From the NCBI GenBank assembly GCA_017434025.1, contig JAFRGC010000006.1:1454-65453 (forward strand): 64,000 nt of DNA, read 5' to 3'. This DNA is from Mogibacterium sp. Lineage in GTDB: Bacteria > Bacillota > Clostridia > Peptostreptococcales > Anaerovoracaceae. The position numbers and the translations under genes were made by a program. The notes under the pieces were generated by a model. That model did no database searches, was not told where the DNA came from, and saw nothing but the letters and a program-made list of their open reading frames with translations. Below, piece by piece: positions 60,853 through 64,000 of this stretch. The first letter of the stretch is position 1. Every line of letters begins with the position of its first letter.

Positions 60853-63369
60853 CTACATCAGTGTCATCTGCTCGCTCCCGTCCTTACCGACGTTAGGATT
60901 CTTCTCGTGGGCCGGAACTTGCGGCTTGGCAGCGTTCTCTTCATCCACTACTTTGGCGAAGGAGACGATACGGTTACCCTTCTCGACCTTCATGACCTTG
61001 ACACCCTGTGTCGTCCTGCCGGATGTGCTGACCTCGTTGGCGCGGATCCTGATGATGACTCCGTTGGAGTTGATGACCATGACTTCGTCCTCATCACTCA
61101 CGAGGGTCGCTCCGACCAGTCTGCCGGTCTTGCCGAACTTAGTCTTGTCGTATGTCGCTACACCCTTGCCACCGCGGGACTGCAGTCTGTACTCATCGAG
61201 CGGTGTCCTCTTGCCGAAACCATTCTCAGTGATCACGAGCATCTTCCTCGTCTGATCGATGTCGAGCTCCATGCTGACGACTTCATCGTCCTTGTCGAGC
61301 AGTATCGCTCTGACTCCGCCGGCATTTCTGCCCATCGGTCTGACGTCATCTTCGGAGAATGCGATCGCTTTGCCCTGCTTGGTCACGACGAGGATGTTCT
61401 CCTTGCCGCTTGCCTGCGCGACAGAGATCAGCTTGTCGCCTTCCTTGAGAGTGATCGCGATCAGTCCGGTCTTGCGGTTCGTATCGAACTCGGACAGCGG
61501 TGTCTTCTTGATCGTACCCTGTTTGGTGACCATGACGAGGCACTCGTTCGGATCGAACTCTCTGATCGGGATGACGGCCGTGACTCGCTCAGTGCTGTTG
61601 AGGTTGAGGAAGTTGATGACCGGCGTTCCCTTAGCCGTTCTTGAAGCCTCCGGGATCTCGTAAGCTTTGATCTTGTATACACGTCCCATGTCAGTGAAGA
61701 ACATGAGGTAGTCATGCGTGCTCGTGATGATCAGGTCGCGGACAAAATCAGATTCGCGCGTCGTCAGTCCCACGATGCCCTTGCCTCCTCTGCGCTGAGC
61801 TTTGTAGGTATCCGCCGGCACTCTCTTGACGTATCCGAGGTGTGTCAGTGTGACCGCTACATCCTGCTCATCGATGAGAGCCTCTTCGTCCAGCTCGCCT
61901 TCATCCGCTACGATCTTGGTCCTGCGCGGGTCTCCCCACTTCTGCTTGATCTCGAGCAGCTCGTCCTTGATGACTCCCATCAGCAGGTGCTCGTCAGCAA
62001 GCAGGCTCTTGTAGTATGCGATCCTCTTCCTGAGCTCATCATACTCAGCCTGGATCTTCTCGCGCTCCAGACCCTGCAGCTTGGCCAGTCTCATGTCGAG
62101 GATGGCCTGCGCCTGGATCTCAGTGAGCCCGAATCTGATCATGAGCTTTTCCTTGGCATCATTGTAGGATGACCTGATCGTTGCGATGATCTCATCGATG
62201 TTATCCAGCGCGATGATCAAACCTTCTAAGATGTGCGCTCTCGCCTCAGCTTTGGCCAGATCGAATCTCGTTCTCCTGGTCACTACGATCTTCTGATGTT
62301 TGAGGTACTCCTCGAGGATCTGCTTGAGGTTGAGGATCTTAGGCTCGCCGTCGACCAGCGCCAGCATGATCATGCTGAACGATGTCTGGAGTGCTGTGTG
62401 TTTGTAAAGCCTGTTGAGGATGACATTCGGGTTGACATCCTTCTTGAGTTCAATGACGATCCTGGTGCCTTCTCTGTTGGACTCATCCCTGATCGCCGAA
62501 ACGCCTTCGAGTCTCTTCTCCCTTACCAGATCCGCCATAGACTCGATGAGTCTTGCCTTGTTGACCTGGAACGGGATCTCGCTGACGACGATCCTGAGTT
62601 TGCCGCGGCTGGTCTCTTCGATCTCGCAGACCGACCTGACATTGACTTTGCCCTGACCTGTGAGGTACGCTTCACGCGCTGCATGCTTGCCGAGGATGAT
62701 CGCACCGGTCGGGAAGTCCGGAGCTTTGATGATCCTGATCAGATCATCGATCGAGCAATCCGGATCATCGATCATCTTGACGCATGCATCGATCGTTTCG
62801 CCGAGATTGTGCGGCGGGATCGATGTCGCCATACCTACGGCGATACCGTTCGATCCATTGATCAGAAGGTTTGGCACTCTCGACGGCAGTACTACAGGTT
62901 CCTGCTCCTCGCCGTCGTAGTTGTCCATGAAATCTACGGTGTCCTTCTCAATATCTCTGACCATCTGCAGAGAGAACGGGGACATCCTCGCCTCAGTGTA
63001 TCTCGAAGCCGCAGCGCCGTCGCCGTCAACCGAGCCAAAGTTACCGTGCCCGTCGACCAGCGGATATCTCGTCGAGAAATCCTGCGCCATCTTGACCATC
63101 GCATCGTAGATGGATGAGTCACCGTGAGGGTGATACTTACCCATTACCTCACCGACGATACGCGCCGACTTCTTGTGAGGCTTGTCCGGAGTGATACCCA
63201 GGGAGTGCATGCCGTACAGGATCCTCCTGTGTACCGGCTTGAGTCCGTCCCTGACATCCGGGAGAGCACGGCCTACGATTACACTCATCGCGTAATCGAT
63301 ATACGAGTTCTTCATCTCGTTATATATCTCGTGCTCGATAATTGTACTGTTATCCAAAATATCTGCCAT
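60853..63369 (-). CDS. gyrA: DNA gyrase subunit A
   Basis: Contains [27 protein letters not shown] and the [14 protein letters not shown], followed by C-terminal beta-pinwheel repeats. 838 aa. Confidence 0.97.
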   Translation of the reverse strand: MADILDNSTIIEHEIYNEMKNSYIDYAMSVIVGRALPDVRDGLKPVHRRILYGMHSLGITPDKPHKKSARIVGEVMGKYHPHGDSSIYDAMVKMAQDFSTRYPLVDGHGNFGSVDGDGAAASRYTEARMSPFSLQMVRDIEKDTVDFMDNYDGEEQEPVVLPSRVPNLLINGSNGIAVGMATSIPPHNLGETIDACVKMIDDPDCSIDDLIRIIKAPDFPTGAIILGKHAAREAYLTGQGKVNVRSVCEIEETSRGKLRIVVSEIPFQVNKARLIESMADLVREKRLEGVSAIRDESNREGTRIVIELKKDVNPNVILNRLYKHTALQTSFSMIMLALVDGEPKILNLKQILEEYLKHQKIVVTRRTRFDLAKAEARAHILEGLIIALDNIDEIIATIRSSYNDAKEKLMIRFGLTEIQAQAILDMRLAKLQGLEREKIQAEYDELRKRIAYYKSLLADEHLLMGVIKDELLEIKQKWGDPRRTKIVADEGELDEEALIDEQDVAVTLTHLGYVKRVPADTYKAQRRGGKGIVGLTTRESDFVRDLIITSTHDYLMFFTDMGRVYKIKAYEIPEASRTAKGTPVINFLNLNSTERVTAVIPIREFDPNECLVMVTKQGTIKKTPLSEFDTNRKTGLIAITLKEGDKLISVAQASGKENILVVTKQGKAIAFSEDDVRPMGRNAGGVRAILLDKDDEVVSMELDIDQTRKMLVITENGFGKRTPLDEYRLQSRGGKGVATYDKTKFGKTGRLVGATLVSDEDEVMVINSNGVIIRIRANEVSTSGRTTQGVKVMKVEKGNRIVSFAKVVDEENAAKPQVPAHEKNPNVGKDGSEQMTLM

Positions 63370-63406
63370 ATTCCAATTCCTTGTATATTCGTGAGTTCAG
63401 TGCGGA

Positions 63407-64000
63407 TCAGATATCCAGATTGCGCACGTATCTCGCGTTCTCTTCTATGAATGCTTTGCGCGGCGGAACTTTGTCGCCCATGAGCGTCGTGAAGATCTCA
63501 TCGGCTGCCGCAGCGTCTTCGACGGTGATCCTGACGAGGGTACGGCTGTTGTAGTCCATGGTGGTCTCCCACAGCTGGTTGAAGTCCATCTCTCCAAGAC
63601 CTTTGTAACGCTGGATCTCTATCTTGTTGTTGCCGCCCTTGGCTCTGAGATCCGCAAGCAGCTTATCCTGCTCAGCATCTGAATACGTGTACCAGATCTG
63701 CTTGCCCTGCTTGACTCTGAACAGCGGAGGCTGTGCAGCGTATACGTAACCGCCTTCGACCAGCGGTGTCATATATCTGAAGAAGAATGTCAGCAGCAAT
63801 GTCCTGATATGCGCTCCGTCGACATCAGCATCGGTCATGATGATGATCTTGTGGTATCTCAGTTTGTCGATATCAAATTCTTTGCCGATATTGCATCCGA
63901 ATGCCGTGATCATGTTCTTGATCTCTTCCGAGCTCAGTACACGGTCGAGCCTTGCTTTCTCGACGTTGAGGATCTTACCGCGCAGAGGCAGGACTGCCTG
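63407..64000 (-). CDS. gyrB: DNA gyrase subunit B, C-terminal part (5' end beyond window edge)
   Basis: Toprim/C-terminal motifs [34 protein letters not shown] and a C-terminus ending YVRNLDI. The reading frame stays open to position 64000. Confidence 0.95.
   Translation of the reverse strand, partial: QAVLPLRGKILNVEKARLDRVLSSEEIKNMITAFGCNIGKEFDIDKLRYHKIIIMTDADVDGAHIRTLLLTFFFRYMTPLVEGGYVYAAQPPLFRVKQGKQIWYTYSDAEQDKLLADLRAKGGNNKIEIQRYKGLGEMDFNQLWETTMDYNSRTLVRITVEDAAAADEIFTTLMGDKVPPRKAFIEENARYVRNLDI

Noticed and set aside
63103-63117. GyrA quinolone-resistance-determining residues (G-D-S-S-I-Y-D)
   Set aside because: The positions equivalent to E. coli Ser83 and Asp87 are Ser and Asp, which is the susceptible wild-type state. 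This is not noteworthy.

Overview
This is a chromosomal segment of a Gram-positive bacterium (Bacillota). Gene content and roughly 50% G+C suggest a Clostridia/Lachnospiraceae-like organism, which is inference only. The window ends in gyrB-gyrA, so it probably lies near oriC. 44 of the 47 called protein genes are on the minus strand. Apart from housekeeping genes (gyrBA, a DUF4298 protein, an isochorismatase-family hydrolase, galM, dtd, galE, plsC, pgi), the window is one very large cell-envelope glycopolymer super-locus. Its parts are: (i) a secreted FN3 protein, tagO, an LCP ligase and an acyltransferase_3; (ii) rmlB-wecE (a dTDP-4-amino-4,6-dideoxyhexose branch), a membrane FN3/Big_2 protein, YfhO and a double-domain TagF-like enzyme; (iii) a Wzx-like flippase, an uncharacterised polytopic membrane protein and two GtrB/CsbB-type GT2 enzymes; (iv) a terminator-bounded operon with two TagB/F-like enzymes, three divergent ATP-grasp ligases, a CapK/PaaK-type adenylating enzyme, a GT2 and an SDR; (v) a promoter- and terminator-bounded 12-gene operon encoding a pseudaminic/legionaminic-type nonulosonic acid pathway. 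That operon has no PseH-type acetyltransferase, but it has an ATP-grasp ligase, a class III aminotransferase and an Fe-alcohol dehydrogenase, two giant multidomain transferases with bacterial sialyltransferase motifs, and a TagGH ABC exporter. (vi) Interspersed among these are secreted FN3/Big_2/SH3b/CW-repeat proteins carrying YkuD (two), NlpC/P60, CHAP and Amidase_5-like peptidoglycan-remodelling domains. I saw no rRNA, tRNA, CRISPR, transposase, integrase or prophage genes. The most novel candidates are the ATP-grasp/CapK decoration module inside a teichoic-acid operon, and the ABC-exported nonulosonic-acid polymer with a non-canonical N-acylation or amidation module. All functional calls come from reading the translated ORFs for family motifs. 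No database search was run.
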